Under the pieces are notes generated by a model. It was not told where the DNA came from, made no database searches, and saw only the letters and a list, made by a program, of their open reading frames with translations. This document shows positions 1 to 9,137 of a DNA stretch of 64,000 bases, one piece after another. The stretch's first letter is position 1; each line of letters opens with the position of its first letter. The stretch covers positions 7,025 to 71,024 of the forward strand of contig CAKVHI010000003.1 of the NCBI GenBank assembly GCA_934747965.1, given 5' to 3'. The position numbers were made by a program, and so were the translations under genes. The stretch comes from an uncultured Clostridia bacterium. Lineage in GTDB: Bacteria; Bacillota; Clostridia; Christensenellales; UBA1242.

Positions 1-251
1 GAGAAAATTACAACGATTGCGGTCAAATGATTTTTTCGAAAAATCAAAGAGTTTATCAAGGTGGAAGTGGTGCGGGATGCAGTGCCAGTGTTTTGAATGC
101 ATATATCATACCTAAATTACAAAAAGGCGAATTGAAAAAAGTTTTGTTTTGTGCAACTGGAGCCTTGTTAAGCCCTCTTTCGACACAACAAGGAGAAAGC
201 ATTCCAGGAGTTTGCCATGCTGTGGTTTTAGAAAAGGAGGATAAAAAATAA
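1..251 (+). CDS. spoVAD: Stage V sporulation protein AD, C-terminal fragment (5' end left of window)
   Basis: Frame is open to the window edge. The tail GGSGAGCSASVLN...CATGALLSPLSTQQGESIPGVCHAV matches the thiolase-like SpoVAD C-terminus. TAATG overlap with the next gene. Confidence 0.8.
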   Translation, partial: ENYNDCGQMIFSKNQRVYQGGSGAGCSASVLNAYIIPKLQKGELKKVLFCATGALLSPLSTQQGESIPGVCHAVVLEKEDKK

Positions 252-616
252 TGTGGTTGACATATCTTCAAGTGTTTTTGGTTGGTGGAACAATTTGCTT
301 GCTTGGCCAAATTTTGATTTTAAAAACAAAAATGACATCAGCAAGAATATTGGTTTTGTTTTTGGTTTTAGGGGTTGTTTTGGAGGCTCTTGACTTGTAT
401 GACCCTCTTGTGGAGTTTGGAAAAGCCGGAGCAACTGTTCCAATTATGGGATTTGGTAGGACATTGGCAAAAGGTGTTATAAATTCTGTTACATCGACTG
501 GTGTTATGGGAATTTTTACAGGAGGACTTGCAGCAACAGCAACAGGAATTGGTGCAGCAGTGTTCTTTAGTTTTATTTTTGCTTTGATATTTAACAGTCA
601 TACAAAAAAATCCTAA
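251..616 (+). CDS. spoVAE: Stage V sporulation protein AE (SpoVAC/SpoVAEB family membrane protein)
   Basis: 121 aa and hydrophobic. PIMGFGRTLAKG and GIFTGGLAATATGIGAAV are typical of the family. Translationally coupled to spoVAD. Confidence 0.8.
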   Translation: MWLTYLQVFLVGGTICLLGQILILKTKMTSARILVLFLVLGVVLEALDLYDPLVEFGKAGATVPIMGFGRTLAKGVINSVTSTGVMGIFTGGLAATATGIGAAVFFSFIFALIFNSHTKKS

Positions 617-620
617 AATT

Positions 621-656
621 TGCATAGCATATTGCATAGTATTATGCATAGTATTT
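621..656. repeat. Three tandem 12-bp units, TGCATAGCATAT / TGCATAGTATTA / TGCATAGTATTT (degenerate copy of the TGCATAGTACTA family)
   Basis: Read directly. TGCATAG recurs at 621, 633 and 645. The array lies between the spoVAE stop and the terminator. Confidence 0.9.
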
Positions 657-695
657 AAAACAAAGACAAAAATGTTATTATTTAATTACATTTTT

Positions 696-720
696 AAAGA
701 GCGATTGTCGCTCTTTTTTT
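696..720 (+). terminator. Rho-independent terminator of the spoVA operon
   Basis: Hairpin AAGAGCGA-TTG-TCGCTCTT followed by T7. Confidence 0.8.
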
Positions 721-763
721 GTTTTAGTAATTTGTTTAAAGACTTATACATATATTTATTTTG

Positions 764-1459
764 ATGAAATTGTTTAAAAAAATTTTTCGTAAAAAAGAAA
801 AGAAAAATGTTGATTTAAAGAAAAAAAGAAAAAGAAAATTTGTGTTAATCTTTGTTTTGACCATAATTTTTTCATTAATAATTTTTTTTGGGACAAACAT
901 TAGCAATATTGTTTATTCTTACAGTGAAAGTAAAGTTAGGGCGTTATCAGTTAAAGCCGTAAACAATGCCGTAAGCGAACTTGTTACAAACAAAAATATT
1001 TATGATAATTTGGTTAATATCACAACGGATAATGAAGGGAAAATTAAACTTATTCAAGCCAATTCCATTCAAATAAATATGCTAACAAAAGACTTAATCA
1101 AAACAAGCCAGATTAAACTTGAAAAAATAGGGGCAGATGGAATTAATATTCCTATTGGAACTTTCAGTGGAATTAATCTTTTAAACGGAAGGGGTCCTAG
1201 CGTAAACATAAAACTTATTCCTGTTGGCGATGTAACATGCTCATTTCAAAGTGAATTTAAGTCGGCTGGAATCAACCAAACAATCCATAAACTTTATGTT
1301 ACGGTAGACACTCAAGTTAATATCATTTTGCCTCTAAAAAACAACACTGTCAAAACAACAACAAGTATTATGATTTGTGAAAGTGTTATCGTTGGGGATA
1401 TTCCAGAAGTTTATTTAAACTCTAACAAACTAGACAATCTTTTAAACTTAATACCTTAA
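764..1459 (+). CDS. yunB: Sporulation protein YunB
   Basis: N-terminal TM segment, then PIGTFSGINLLNGRGPSVNIKLIPVGDV and SEFKSAGINQTIHKLYV, which are YunB signatures. ATG 764 is preferred over TTG 761. No SD; a CATATATT -10-like element lies 7 nt upstream. Confidence 0.7.
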   Translation: MKLFKKIFRKKEKKNVDLKKKRKRKFVLIFVLTIIFSLIIFFGTNISNIVYSYSESKVRALSVKAVNNAVSELVTNKNIYDNLVNITTDNEGKIKLIQANSIQINMLTKDLIKTSQIKLEKIGADGINIPIGTFSGINLLNGRGPSVNIKLIPVGDVTCSFQSEFKSAGINQTIHKLYVTVDTQVNIILPLKNNTVKTTTSIMICESVIVGDIPEVYLNSNKLDNLLNLIP

Positions 1460-1522
1460 TGGGAAATTAAAACCTATAAGAATAAAAATAGAACAATATA
1501 TTTTTTAATTTCAAAAAAATAA

Positions 1523-1550
1523 TTGTTTTTAGTTGTTTTTGTGATATAAT
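1523..1550 (+). promoter_or_regulatory. SigA-type promoter (TTGTTT-N16-TGaTATAAT) ending 6 nt before the ATG at 1557
   Basis: Hexamers read directly. No Shine-Dalgarno between the -10 and the ATG. Confidence 0.55.
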
Positions 1551-1556
1551 AAACTT

Positions 1557-2699
1557 ATGATTTTTTTAGATAATGCATCAACAACTAAACCTGATGATGA
1601 AACTGTTAAGAATTTTGTTGAATATCAAAAATATTTTTTTAATCCGGGAGCCAATTATTCGCCCAGTATTTTTTTGAGTGAAAAAATTGAACAAATAAGG
1701 CACAAAATATCTAAACTTTTGGGCGGAAATGAAAGTGATAACTTTATTTTTACAGCATCTAGCACAATAGCAAACAACATTATTATAAATTCTGTTGTAA
1801 CCAACAACAAAAATGAAGAATATGTGTTTTCAAGTTTAGAACATCCAAGTGTTTTTAATATTGCAACAAAACTTATGCTTGAAGGAAAGAAAGTTATTTT
1901 TATTCCTTCAACTAGCGATGGTTTTATAGACACAGAAAGTTTGTATAACTGTATAAATTCAAACACAAAATTTGTTTCCATTATAAATGTTTCGAATGAA
2001 ACAGGTGCCATAAACAACATAGCAGAGATTGCGAAAAAAATAAGGCAATTAAATCCTAAAACTCTAATCCACAGTGATGGTGTTCAAGCTCTTGGGAAAA
2101 TAAAAGTAGATGTTTCAAACCTAGATTTTTATACAATTTCTAGTCATAAAATTTATGGCTTAAAAGGTGTTGCTGGCTTTTATGTGAAAAACATCAAAAA
2201 TCTAAAACCGTTTATTTTGGGTGGTGGACAAGAATTTAATATATCAAGTGGAACGACAAATGCTCCAATGATTTTTAGTTTTTATGATTGTATAGAAAAC
2301 GCTGTTAAAAATCAAGAAGAAAATTTTGAAAGAGTTTTAAAACTTAATAATATTTTAAGGAAGAAAGTTAGTGAAATTGAAAATATTGAAATTAATTCAC
2401 CCAGCAACGAAGGTGGTTTTGTTTGTTGCTCTCCTTATGTGTTAAGTTTGTCTGTGCTAGGGCTTAATGCTGAAACAATTCAAAATATGTTAAGCGAAAA
2501 AAATATTTATGTTGGCTTAGGAAGTGCCTGCAGTGCAAAAAAAAGTGGGAATAGAATTTTGGAGAGTATGCACAAAAATAAAAGTGAAATTCTTGGAAAT
2601 TTAAGAATTAGTTTAAGCAAAAACACAACCGAGGAGGAAATTTTGATTTTTTGCAAAGAATTAGACGCTTGCATAAAACAATTAAGAGGTAATTTATAA
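1557..2699 (+). CDS. Cysteine desulfurase (NifS/IscS-like, ThiI-associated)
   Basis: PLP-lysine motif SSHKIYGLKG and catalytic Cys loop GSACSAKK. The stop overlaps the thiI start. Confidence 0.85.
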   Translation: MIFLDNASTTKPDDETVKNFVEYQKYFFNPGANYSPSIFLSEKIEQIRHKISKLLGGNESDNFIFTASSTIANNIIINSVVTNNKNEEYVFSSLEHPSVFNIATKLMLEGKKVIFIPSTSDGFIDTESLYNCINSNTKFVSIINVSNETGAINNIAEIAKKIRQLNPKTLIHSDGVQALGKIKVDVSNLDFYTISSHKIYGLKGVAGFYVKNIKNLKPFILGGGQEFNISSGTTNAPMIFSFYDCIENAVKNQEENFERVLKLNNILRKKVSEIENIEINSPSNEGGFVCCSPYVLSLSVLGLNAETIQNMLSEKNIYVGLGSACSAKKSGNRILESMHKNKSEILGNLRISLSKNTTEEEILIFCKELDACIKQLRGNL

Positions 2700-3853
2700 T
2701 GAAAAAAGTAATTTTAGTAAGATATTCAGAAATTCATTTGAAAGGAAATAATAAGCATTTTTTTGAAAAACTTTTGTTGAACAACATTAAATCAGCCCTA
2801 AAAGATTTTGATTGTAATATTAATTTTGTTCACACAAGATACACAATTTCAGATTTTGAAGAATCCAAAACAAATGAAATTATTTCATCATTAAATACGG
2901 TGTTTGGTATTTATTCATTAAGCGTTGCAGATGAAATTGACACAAGCGTTGAAAATATAGAAGAATATTTTAAAAACTTTAGGCTAGAAAACACAAGTTT
3001 CAGAGTTAGTGTTAACAGAGCAGATAAAACTTTTCCAATTAATTCAACAGAGTTTTCTAAAATTATTGGTGGAATAATTTTGGATAACAACAAAAATTTA
3101 ACAGTAGATTTGCATAATTACAAAACTGAAGTTTCTATCGATATTCGAGAAAATAAAAAGACATATATTTTTGCTAGCATTATTAAAGGGTTAAACGGAA
3201 TGCCAGTTGGTAGTGCAGGAAAAGGTTTATTGCTTTTATCTGGTGGGCTTGACAGCCCTGTTGCGGGTTACAAAATTGCCCAAAGAGGAATGATTGTTGA
3301 TGGGCTTCATTTTCACAGTTTTCCTTACACAAGCGAAAACGCAAAAAACAAGGTTATAAAACTTGCAAAGTTAATAAAACCTTACACTCATCTTAAAAGA
3401 TTATTTGTTGTTTCTTTCACAAAAATTCAAGAAGAAATTCACAAACACTGTGATGGCGACTATATGATAACCTTAATGCGAAGAATAATGATGCGAATTG
3501 CCGAACAAATTTGCAACAAATTTGAATATAAAGCAATCATCACTGGCGAAAGTTTGGGTCAAGTGGCAAGTCAAACAATAGAAAGCATAACAAGTACAAA
3601 CTCTGTTTTAAAATTAACACCTGTGCTTAGACCTTTAATTGCTTTTGATAAAGATGAAACAATCTTTTTAGCAAACAAAATAGGCACTTATGAAACTTCT
3701 ATTTTGCCTTATGAAGATTGCTGTACTGTCTTTTTACCAAAAAACCCAATTATAAAGCCAAAACTCGACCGAGTTAAAAAAGAAGAAGACAAACTTGATT
3801 TAGATATGCTTATTAAGCAAGCAATAGATAGTTTGGAGATAATTGAATTATAA
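2699..3853 (+). CDS. thiI: tRNA 4-thiouridine synthase ThiI (no rhodanese domain)
   Basis: THUMP-type N-terminus and PP-loop SGGLDSPVA; 384 aa. Confidence 0.9.
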   Translation: MKKVILVRYSEIHLKGNNKHFFEKLLLNNIKSALKDFDCNINFVHTRYTISDFEESKTNEIISSLNTVFGIYSLSVADEIDTSVENIEEYFKNFRLENTSFRVSVNRADKTFPINSTEFSKIIGGIILDNNKNLTVDLHNYKTEVSIDIRENKKTYIFASIIKGLNGMPVGSAGKGLLLLSGGLDSPVAGYKIAQRGMIVDGLHFHSFPYTSENAKNKVIKLAKLIKPYTHLKRLFVVSFTKIQEEIHKHCDGDYMITLMRRIMMRIAEQICNKFEYKAIITGESLGQVASQTIESITSTNSVLKLTPVLRPLIAFDKDETIFLANKIGTYETSILPYEDCCTVFLPKNPIIKPKLDRVKKEEDKLDLDMLIKQAIDSLEIIEL

Positions 3854-3861
3854 TTAGACAA

Positions 3862-3891
3862 AAAAGTTGATTATTTTAATTGACTTTTTTT
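3862..3891 (+). terminator. Rho-independent terminator after thiI
   Basis: Hairpin AGTTGATTA/TAATTGACT (two G-U pairs) followed by T7. Confidence 0.6.
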
Positions 3892-3974
3892 GGAAATTTA
3901 GTTAATATATTTCATATATATAGAATTGAACATTTTGTTTTTATATATAAATTTAACTAAATAGAGGTGGTATT

Positions 3975-5570
3975 ATGGCAATTAATACACTTGCTTCTAT
4001 TTTTACGATTGGTGCTGGCTACATTATGGCTTGGCTTGGAATTGGACTTTCAATAGGCTTGATTGCGGGTGCAATTTTAATGAAAGTTGTTGTTGACACA
4101 AAACTTAAAAGAGCAAAAGCATCTGCAACAAAAATTGTTGAGGATGCATTAAACGAAGCTAAAAATGTTAAGAAAGAGGCTATATTAGAAGCCAAAGAAG
4201 AAGCACATAAATTAAAAATGGAAGTTGACGGCGAAATCAGAGAACGCCGATTTGAAATTCAAAAACTTGAAGAAAAAGTTTATGGAAAAGAAGAATTTTT
4301 AAACAAAAAAGAAGAGCAGTTAGACAACAAGAGCGATTTGATAGACAAAACAAAACAAGATTTAGAAGAAAAATTAAATGCTATTGACAAAACTAAGCAA
4401 GAGCTTGAAATTGCTAAGCAATCTGTTAGCAAAGAGCTTGAAAAAGTCGCATCTTTAAGCAAAGAAGAAGCAAAAAGTATGCTTATCAATTCTTTAACCG
4501 AAGAAGCACAGAAATCTGCAGCAAAAATGGTAAGAGAAATTGAGGAAGAAGCAAAAAATTCAGCGAACAAAAAAGCACAAAACATAATAACAATGGCAAT
4601 TCAACGCTGTGCTGCTGACCATACAAGTGAAGTTACTGTATCTTCTGTTACTCTTCCAAACGAAGAAATTAAAGGAAGAATTATTGGAAGAGAAGGAAGA
4701 AATATTAAAGCACTTGAAAATGCAACAGGTGTTGATTTAATTATTGATGACACTCCAGAAAACATAGTAATTTCTGGATTTGACCCAATAAGAAGAGAAG
4801 TAGCAAGATTGAGTTTGGAAAAGCTTATCATGGACGGAAGAATTAACCCTTCAAGAATTGAAGAAGTTGTTGAAAAGGTTAAAAGAGATATTGACCAAAC
4901 AATTAAAGAGGCTGGCGAAAATGCAGTGTTTGAAGCCGATGTAAATGGACTACATCCAGAGATTGTAAAAACTCTTGGAAGGCTTAAATACAGAACAAGT
5001 TATGGTCAAAATGTTTTAAAACACAGTTTGGAAGTTTCTTACATTGCAGGCTTAATGGCTGCCGAAATTGGGGCAGATATTAAAGTTGCAAAACGAGGGG
5101 GTCTGCTTCATGATATTGGAAAAGCACTAGATCATGAAACCGAAGGGACACATGTTTCTATTGGCGTGGATCTTGCAAAAAGATATAAAGAAAGTGAAGC
5201 AGTTATTCATTGCATTGAAGCCCATCATGGCGATGTAGAATTTCATTCTGTTGAGGCTGTGTTAGTGCAAGCGGCTGATGCTATAAGCAGTTCAAGACCG
5301 GGCGCAAGGCGTGAAAGCATTGAAAATTATATAAAACGATTAGAACAACTTGAGAATATTGCAGACAACTTTAAAGGTGTTGATAAGGCTTTTGCTATTA
5401 GTGCAGGGCGTGAAGTCAGAGTTATTGTTAAACCTGAAGAAATATCAGATGATCAAGCTTTGTTTCTTGCAAAAGATATTGCCAAAAAAATTGAAGAAGA
5501 AATGGAATATCCAGGTCAAATTAAAGTTAATGTTATTCGTGAAAATCGTTGCATTGAATACGCAAAATAA
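3975..5570 (+). CDS. rny: Ribonuclease Y
   Basis: N-terminal TM, long coiled coil, KH domain ([15 protein letters not shown]) and HD domain (LLHDIGKA...HHG). Confidence 0.95.
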   Translation: MAINTLASIFTIGAGYIMAWLGIGLSIGLIAGAILMKVVVDTKLKRAKASATKIVEDALNEAKNVKKEAILEAKEEAHKLKMEVDGEIRERRFEIQKLEEKVYGKEEFLNKKEEQLDNKSDLIDKTKQDLEEKLNAIDKTKQELEIAKQSVSKELEKVASLSKEEAKSMLINSLTEEAQKSAAKMVREIEEEAKNSANKKAQNIITMAIQRCAADHTSEVTVSSVTLPNEEIKGRIIGREGRNIKALENATGVDLIIDDTPENIVISGFDPIRREVARLSLEKLIMDGRINPSRIEEVVEKVKRDIDQTIKEAGENAVFEADVNGLHPEIVKTLGRLKYRTSYGQNVLKHSLEVSYIAGLMAAEIGADIKVAKRGGLLHDIGKALDHETEGTHVSIGVDLAKRYKESEAVIHCIEAHHGDVEFHSVEAVLVQAADAISSSRPGARRESIENYIKRLEQLENIADNFKGVDKAFAISAGREVRVIVKPEEISDDQALFLAKDIAKKIEEEMEYPGQIKVNVIRENRCIEYAK

Positions 5571-5572
5571 CA

Positions 5573-5600
5573 AAAGAAAGGTCAAACCTTTCTTTTTATT
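5573..5600 (+). terminator. Rho-independent terminator after rny
   Basis: Hairpin AAGAAAGGT-CAAA-CCTTTCTT followed by a T-rich tract. Confidence 0.75.
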
Positions 5601-5630
5601 GTGATTTTTTAAAGTAAAAATATATTTTGA

Positions 5631-5659
5631 TTGACTTTTTAAATTTATTGCTTTAAACT
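5631..5659 (+). promoter_or_regulatory. Promoter TTGACT-N17-TAAACT ending 6 nt before the ATG at 5666
   Basis: Hexamers read directly. No SD upstream of the ASCH gene. Confidence 0.5.
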
Positions 5660-5665
5660 TAAACT

Positions 5666-6004
5666 ATGGAAATCCATTATTTAAAATTACAAAATGACCC
5701 TTTCATGAAGATAAAAAATAAACAAAAGACAATCGAAATGCGTCTTTATGATGAAAAACGAAAGAAAATTAAAATAGATGATGAAATTGTTTTCACTAAT
5801 TTGTTGAGTGGTGAAAACTTAAAGTGTCAAGTTAAAAACATCTTTGTTTTTAACAACTTTGAAGAATTATATAAAAATTTTGATAAAACTAAACTTGGTT
5901 ACAAACAAAATGAAATTGCAAAACCTGACGATATGAATATTTACTATACAGCCAAACAGCAGTCTGAATTTGGTGTTTGTGCTATTGAAATTGTTTTGAT
6001 TTAA
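5666..6004 (+). CDS. ASCH domain protein
   Basis: 112 aa. FMKIKNKQKTIEMRLYDEKRKKIKIDDEIVF is the typical ASCH beta-barrel start. Confidence 0.7.
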   Translation: MEIHYLKLQNDPFMKIKNKQKTIEMRLYDEKRKKIKIDDEIVFTNLLSGENLKCQVKNIFVFNNFEELYKNFDKTKLGYKQNEIAKPDDMNIYYTAKQQSEFGVCAIEIVLI

Positions 6005-6007
6005 AGG

Positions 6008-6487
6008 ATGATTATGGTTGAAAAATTATTAGATGTTGACTTATATACTGACGGTGCATGCAGTGGTAACCCCGGCATTGGTGGGTGGGGATATATTTTG
6101 CTTTGCAAGAATAAAGAAAAACAAGCAAGTGGATGTTGTGAAAACAGCACAAACAATCAAATGGAATTATTGGCAGTTATTGAGGGCGTGAAGGCTATAA
6201 AAAAACCTTGTAATTTGTCTATATACACTGACAGTGCTTATGTTCATAATGCTTTTAATCAAAATTGGATTGATACTTGGCAAAAAAACGGATTTAAAAA
6301 TTCGCAAAAAAAAGAAGTTGCAAATAAAAAAATGTGGCTTGAACTTTTAGATGCTCTTCAAAAGCATAATTTTAAATTTGTAAAGGTTAAAGGACATTCC
6401 AACAATTATTACAACAATGTTTGTGATAAACTTGCAACTGATGCGATAAAGAGTTTTAAAGAAAGAAACGCAAATTCACAAGGTTAA
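6008..6487 (+). CDS. rnhA: Ribonuclease HI
   Basis: DLYTDGACSGNPGIGGWGY, NNQMELLAVIEG, YTDSAYV and KGHSNNYYNNVCDKLA carry the DEDD catalytic pattern. Confidence 0.9.
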   Translation: MIMVEKLLDVDLYTDGACSGNPGIGGWGYILLCKNKEKQASGCCENSTNNQMELLAVIEGVKAIKKPCNLSIYTDSAYVHNAFNQNWIDTWQKNGFKNSQKKEVANKKMWLELLDALQKHNFKFVKVKGHSNNYYNNVCDKLATDAIKSFKERNANSQG

Positions 6488-6512
6488 AATTATAAAAAAG
6501 AAAAATAATTTT

Positions 6513-6544
6513 AAAAAAGGAAGGGTTTAATCTCTTCCTTTTTT
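6513..6544. terminator. Bidirectional terminator between convergent rnhA and the recombinase gene
   Basis: A6-GGAAG...CTTCC-T6 hairpin. Confidence 0.6.
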
Positions 6545-7604
6545 AATCATCTTTTCTAAGTTTAACGGATGACAATGCGTCCCGCCTTAGATTTTCACTT
6601 ATTGCAGCATAATGCTTCTTTGTTGTGTTCACATCTTTATGGCCCAAAACTTCGGCAACAACATAAATATCTTTGGTTTCTTGATACAAATTAGTTCCAA
6701 AAGTAGACCTTAGTTTATGTGGCGTAATTTTTTTTAGGGGAGTTACAACTTTAGCGTATTTTTTAACCAAATTTTCAACACTTCTTACATTTATGCGTTT
6801 GTTTTGAAGTGATATAAAGAAAGGAGAGTGCAAATCTAATTCTTCATCTTTATTTTTTTGTTGTTCTTTTCTGAAATCTAAATAATTAATTAACGCATCC
6901 TTAACTTCATCCGAATAATATAAAATCATTCGACTTCCACCTTTTCTGGTTACAACAAAACTATTATCTTCAAAATTAAAATCATCAATATTAAGACCTA
7001 CCAATTCGCTAATACGAATACCTGTGCCCAAAAACAAACTAAGCATTGCAAAATCGCGTTTCTGCGTTTTTTCAAAAAAAGCCTTTTGATTTTTGCTAAA
7101 ACCATCGCCACTTTCAGCCAAATTTAGAATATTTACAACCTCATTTATGTCAAGCCTAACAATTTCTTTGTCCGTCAATTTTGGCATATCAATTTTTGTG
7201 GTAACATTTTCTTTTATTCGTTCTTTTTTATACAAATAACCAAAAAATGCTCTTAAGGCAGAAATTTTACGAGCCTTTGTTTTGTTTGAGTTTGAGTGGC
7301 TTAAATTTTCATCATCAACATAATAAGTTAAATAATCCAAATACATTTCTATATGAGTGGATGTGATTTTGTTTAAATCTTCTAATGTTAATTCTTTTAT
7401 CTTTTTGCTGTTAAATTCATACACTTCTTTTGTTAAAAAAGTAAAAAAAATTTTTAAATCTCTTGCGTAATTAACCTTGGTCAACATTGATGTTTTGCTA
7501 TCAATTCCCAAAAAAAACTCTTCGCAAAAGAAGGGAAGTTCACTTTTTAATTTTTTAAGCAAAATTGCGTTTTTATTATTTCTTTCAACAAAATAATCAT
7601 TCAT
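6543..7604 (-). CDS. Tyrosine site-specific recombinase, XerS/XerD-like
   Basis: 353 aa. N-terminal SAM-like core-binding region (YARDLKIFFTFL, ISALRAFFGYLYK). The catalytic region has GIRISELVGL, HKLRSTFGT and LGHKDVNTTKKHY. The overall layout resembles streptococcal XerS. Confidence 0.8.
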   Translation of the reverse strand: MNDYFVERNNKNAILLKKLKSELPFFCEEFFLGIDSKTSMLTKVNYARDLKIFFTFLTKEVYEFNSKKIKELTLEDLNKITSTHIEMYLDYLTYYVDDENLSHSNSNKTKARKISALRAFFGYLYKKERIKENVTTKIDMPKLTDKEIVRLDINEVVNILNLAESGDGFSKNQKAFFEKTQKRDFAMLSLFLGTGIRISELVGLNIDDFNFEDNSFVVTRKGGSRMILYYSDEVKDALINYLDFRKEQQKNKDEELDLHSPFFISLQNKRINVRSVENLVKKYAKVVTPLKKITPHKLRSTFGTNLYQETKDIYVVAEVLGHKDVNTTKKHYAAISENLRRDALSSVKLRKDD

Positions 7605-7610
7605 ATTAAC

Positions 7611-7639
7611 ATTATATCACAATGCAATAAACTTTTCAA
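7611..7639 (-). promoter_or_regulatory. Consensus promoter TTGAAA-N17-(TGa)TATAAT ending 6 nt before the recombinase ATG
   Basis: Hexamers read on the minus strand. No SD. Confidence 0.6.
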
Positions 7640-7692
7640 ATTTTTTACATTTTTATCTTATTTTTTACCATTTTATTTGCAAATTTTTTATT

Positions 7693-7728
7693 TGCATAGT
7701 ACTATGCATAGCACTATGCAAATATATA
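7693..7728. repeat. Three tandem 12-bp units, TGCATAGTACTA / TGCATAGCACTA / TGCAAATATATA
   Basis: Read directly, in the divergent region between the recombinase gene and serS. Near-perfect 28-bp palindrome. Confidence 0.9.
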
Positions 7729-7794
7729 TTTAAATACTGTGCAAACTCAATATTGAGCAATACTAACATGAATTTTTTTTATGTCTGAATTTAT

Positions 7795-7823
7795 TTGACA
7801 AATTTTTTCTAAAATATTATTAT
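7795..7823 (+). promoter_or_regulatory. serS promoter TTGACA-N17-TATTAT
   Basis: Hexamers read directly. SD AGAGGTG precedes the ATG at 7851. Confidence 0.6.
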
Positions 7824-7850
7824 ATATTATATATTTTTTAGAGGTGTAAC

Positions 7851-9137
7851 ATGATAGACATAGAATTAATCAGAAAAAATCCTAATCTTGTTAAGGAAAA
7901 CATTAAAAAGAAATTTCAAGATGAAAAAATTTCACTCGTAGATAGTGTTGCCAAACTTGATAAAGAAAATCGTGAATATAAGCAAAAAATTGATGATTTA
8001 AGGGCAATGAGAAAAAATAAAAGTGCTGAAATTGGAAATTTAATGAAAAATAAAGAACTTGACAAAGCAAATGCTTTGAAAGAAGAAGTTTCAAAAATTA
8101 ACATTAGCATTGAAGAATTTGAAAATAAACAGGTTGAACTTGAATCACAGATTAAAAACATTATGATGAAAATTCCAAACATAATTGATAGTAGTGTTCC
8201 TGTTGGAAAAGATGACAGTGAAAATGTTGAAAATGAACGCTTTGGCGAAGCTAAAGTCCCAAATTTTGAAATTCCTTATCATGCTGATATTTTGGAAAGT
8301 TTTTGTGGTTTAGACAAAGAAAGTGCTGCCAGAACAAGTGGAAATGGCTTTTATTATTTAATGGGAACACCTGCAAGAGTTGTTACTGCAATGATAAATT
8401 ATGCTCGTGATTACATGATAGACAAAGGCTTTATTTATTGCATACCACCTTTTATGATAAGAAGTGATGTTGTTAATGGTGTTATGAGTTTTGCCGAAAT
8501 GAATGCAATGATGTATAAAATCGAAGGTGAAGATTTATACTTGATTGGAACAAGTGAACACAGCATGATTGGAAGATTTAAAGACACAATTTTGAAGGAA
8601 AGTGAACTTCCTATAAGAATGACAAGTTATAGTCCTTGTTTCAGAAAAGAAGTTGGCGCACATGGCATTGAAGAGCGTGGAATTTATCGTGTGCATCAAT
8701 TTGAAAAACAAGAAATGATTGTTATTTGTAAACCCGAAGAAAGTATGGACTTTTACAACAAAATGTGGTCTTACACTGTTGAAATTTTCAGAAACCTAAA
8801 CATTCCTGTAAGGACCCTTGAGTGTTGTAGTGGCGACCTTGCCGACCTTAAGGTTAAAAGTTGTGATGTTGAGGCATGGAGCCCAAGACAACAAAAATAT
8901 TTCGAAGTTGGCTCTTGCTCAACTCTTGGCGATGCTCAAAGTCGTAGGCTTGGAATTAGAGTTAAAGGTGCAAACGGCAATTATTATCCTCACACACTTA
9001 ACAACACGGTTTTGGCTTCAACAAGAGCTTTAATAGCCTTTCTTGAGAACAATCTTAATGCTGATGGCTCAGTTACAATTCCTGAAGTTTTAAGACCATA
9101 TTTGGGTGGAATGGAAAAAATTGAAAAGGTTAAGTAA
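7851..9137 (+). CDS. serS: Seryl-tRNA synthetase
   Basis: N-terminal coiled-coil arm and class II core (FRKEVGAHG, YRVHQFEKQE, GSCSTLGDAQSRRL). Confidence 0.95.
   Translation: MIDIELIRKNPNLVKENIKKKFQDEKISLVDSVAKLDKENREYKQKIDDLRAMRKNKSAEIGNLMKNKELDKANALKEEVSKINISIEEFENKQVELESQIKNIMMKIPNIIDSSVPVGKDDSENVENERFGEAKVPNFEIPYHADILESFCGLDKESAARTSGNGFYYLMGTPARVVTAMINYARDYMIDKGFIYCIPPFMIRSDVVNGVMSFAEMNAMMYKIEGEDLYLIGTSEHSMIGRFKDTILKESELPIRMTSYSPCFRKEVGAHGIEERGIYRVHQFEKQEMIVICKPEESMDFYNKMWSYTVEIFRNLNIPVRTLECCSGDLADLKVKSCDVEAWSPRQQKYFEVGSCSTLGDAQSRRLGIRVKGANGNYYPHTLNNTVLASTRALIAFLENNLNADGSVTIPEVLRPYLGGMEKIEKVK

Noticed and set aside
5350-5604. An 84-aa ORF overlapping the 3' end of rny in another frame.
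   Set aside because: It lies wholly within or overlapping a highly conserved gene, has no SD, and has lysine- and leucine-rich composition from AT-rich out-of-frame reading.
6543-7604. The tyrosine recombinase as a marker of a prophage or an integrative element.
   Set aside because: No phage, conjugation, excisionase or cargo genes flank it. Its neighbours are rnhA and serS, I saw no direct repeats bounding a segment, and its architecture is that of chromosomal Xer-type enzymes.
7605-7850. A T-box riboswitch, expected upstream of serS. I also looked upstream of trpS (17186-17376).
   Set aside because: There is no T-box consensus (AATTAGGGTGGTACCGCG-like) or terminator/antiterminator pair. 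Good promoters lie only ~25 nt (serS) and ~85 nt (trpS) from the start codons.
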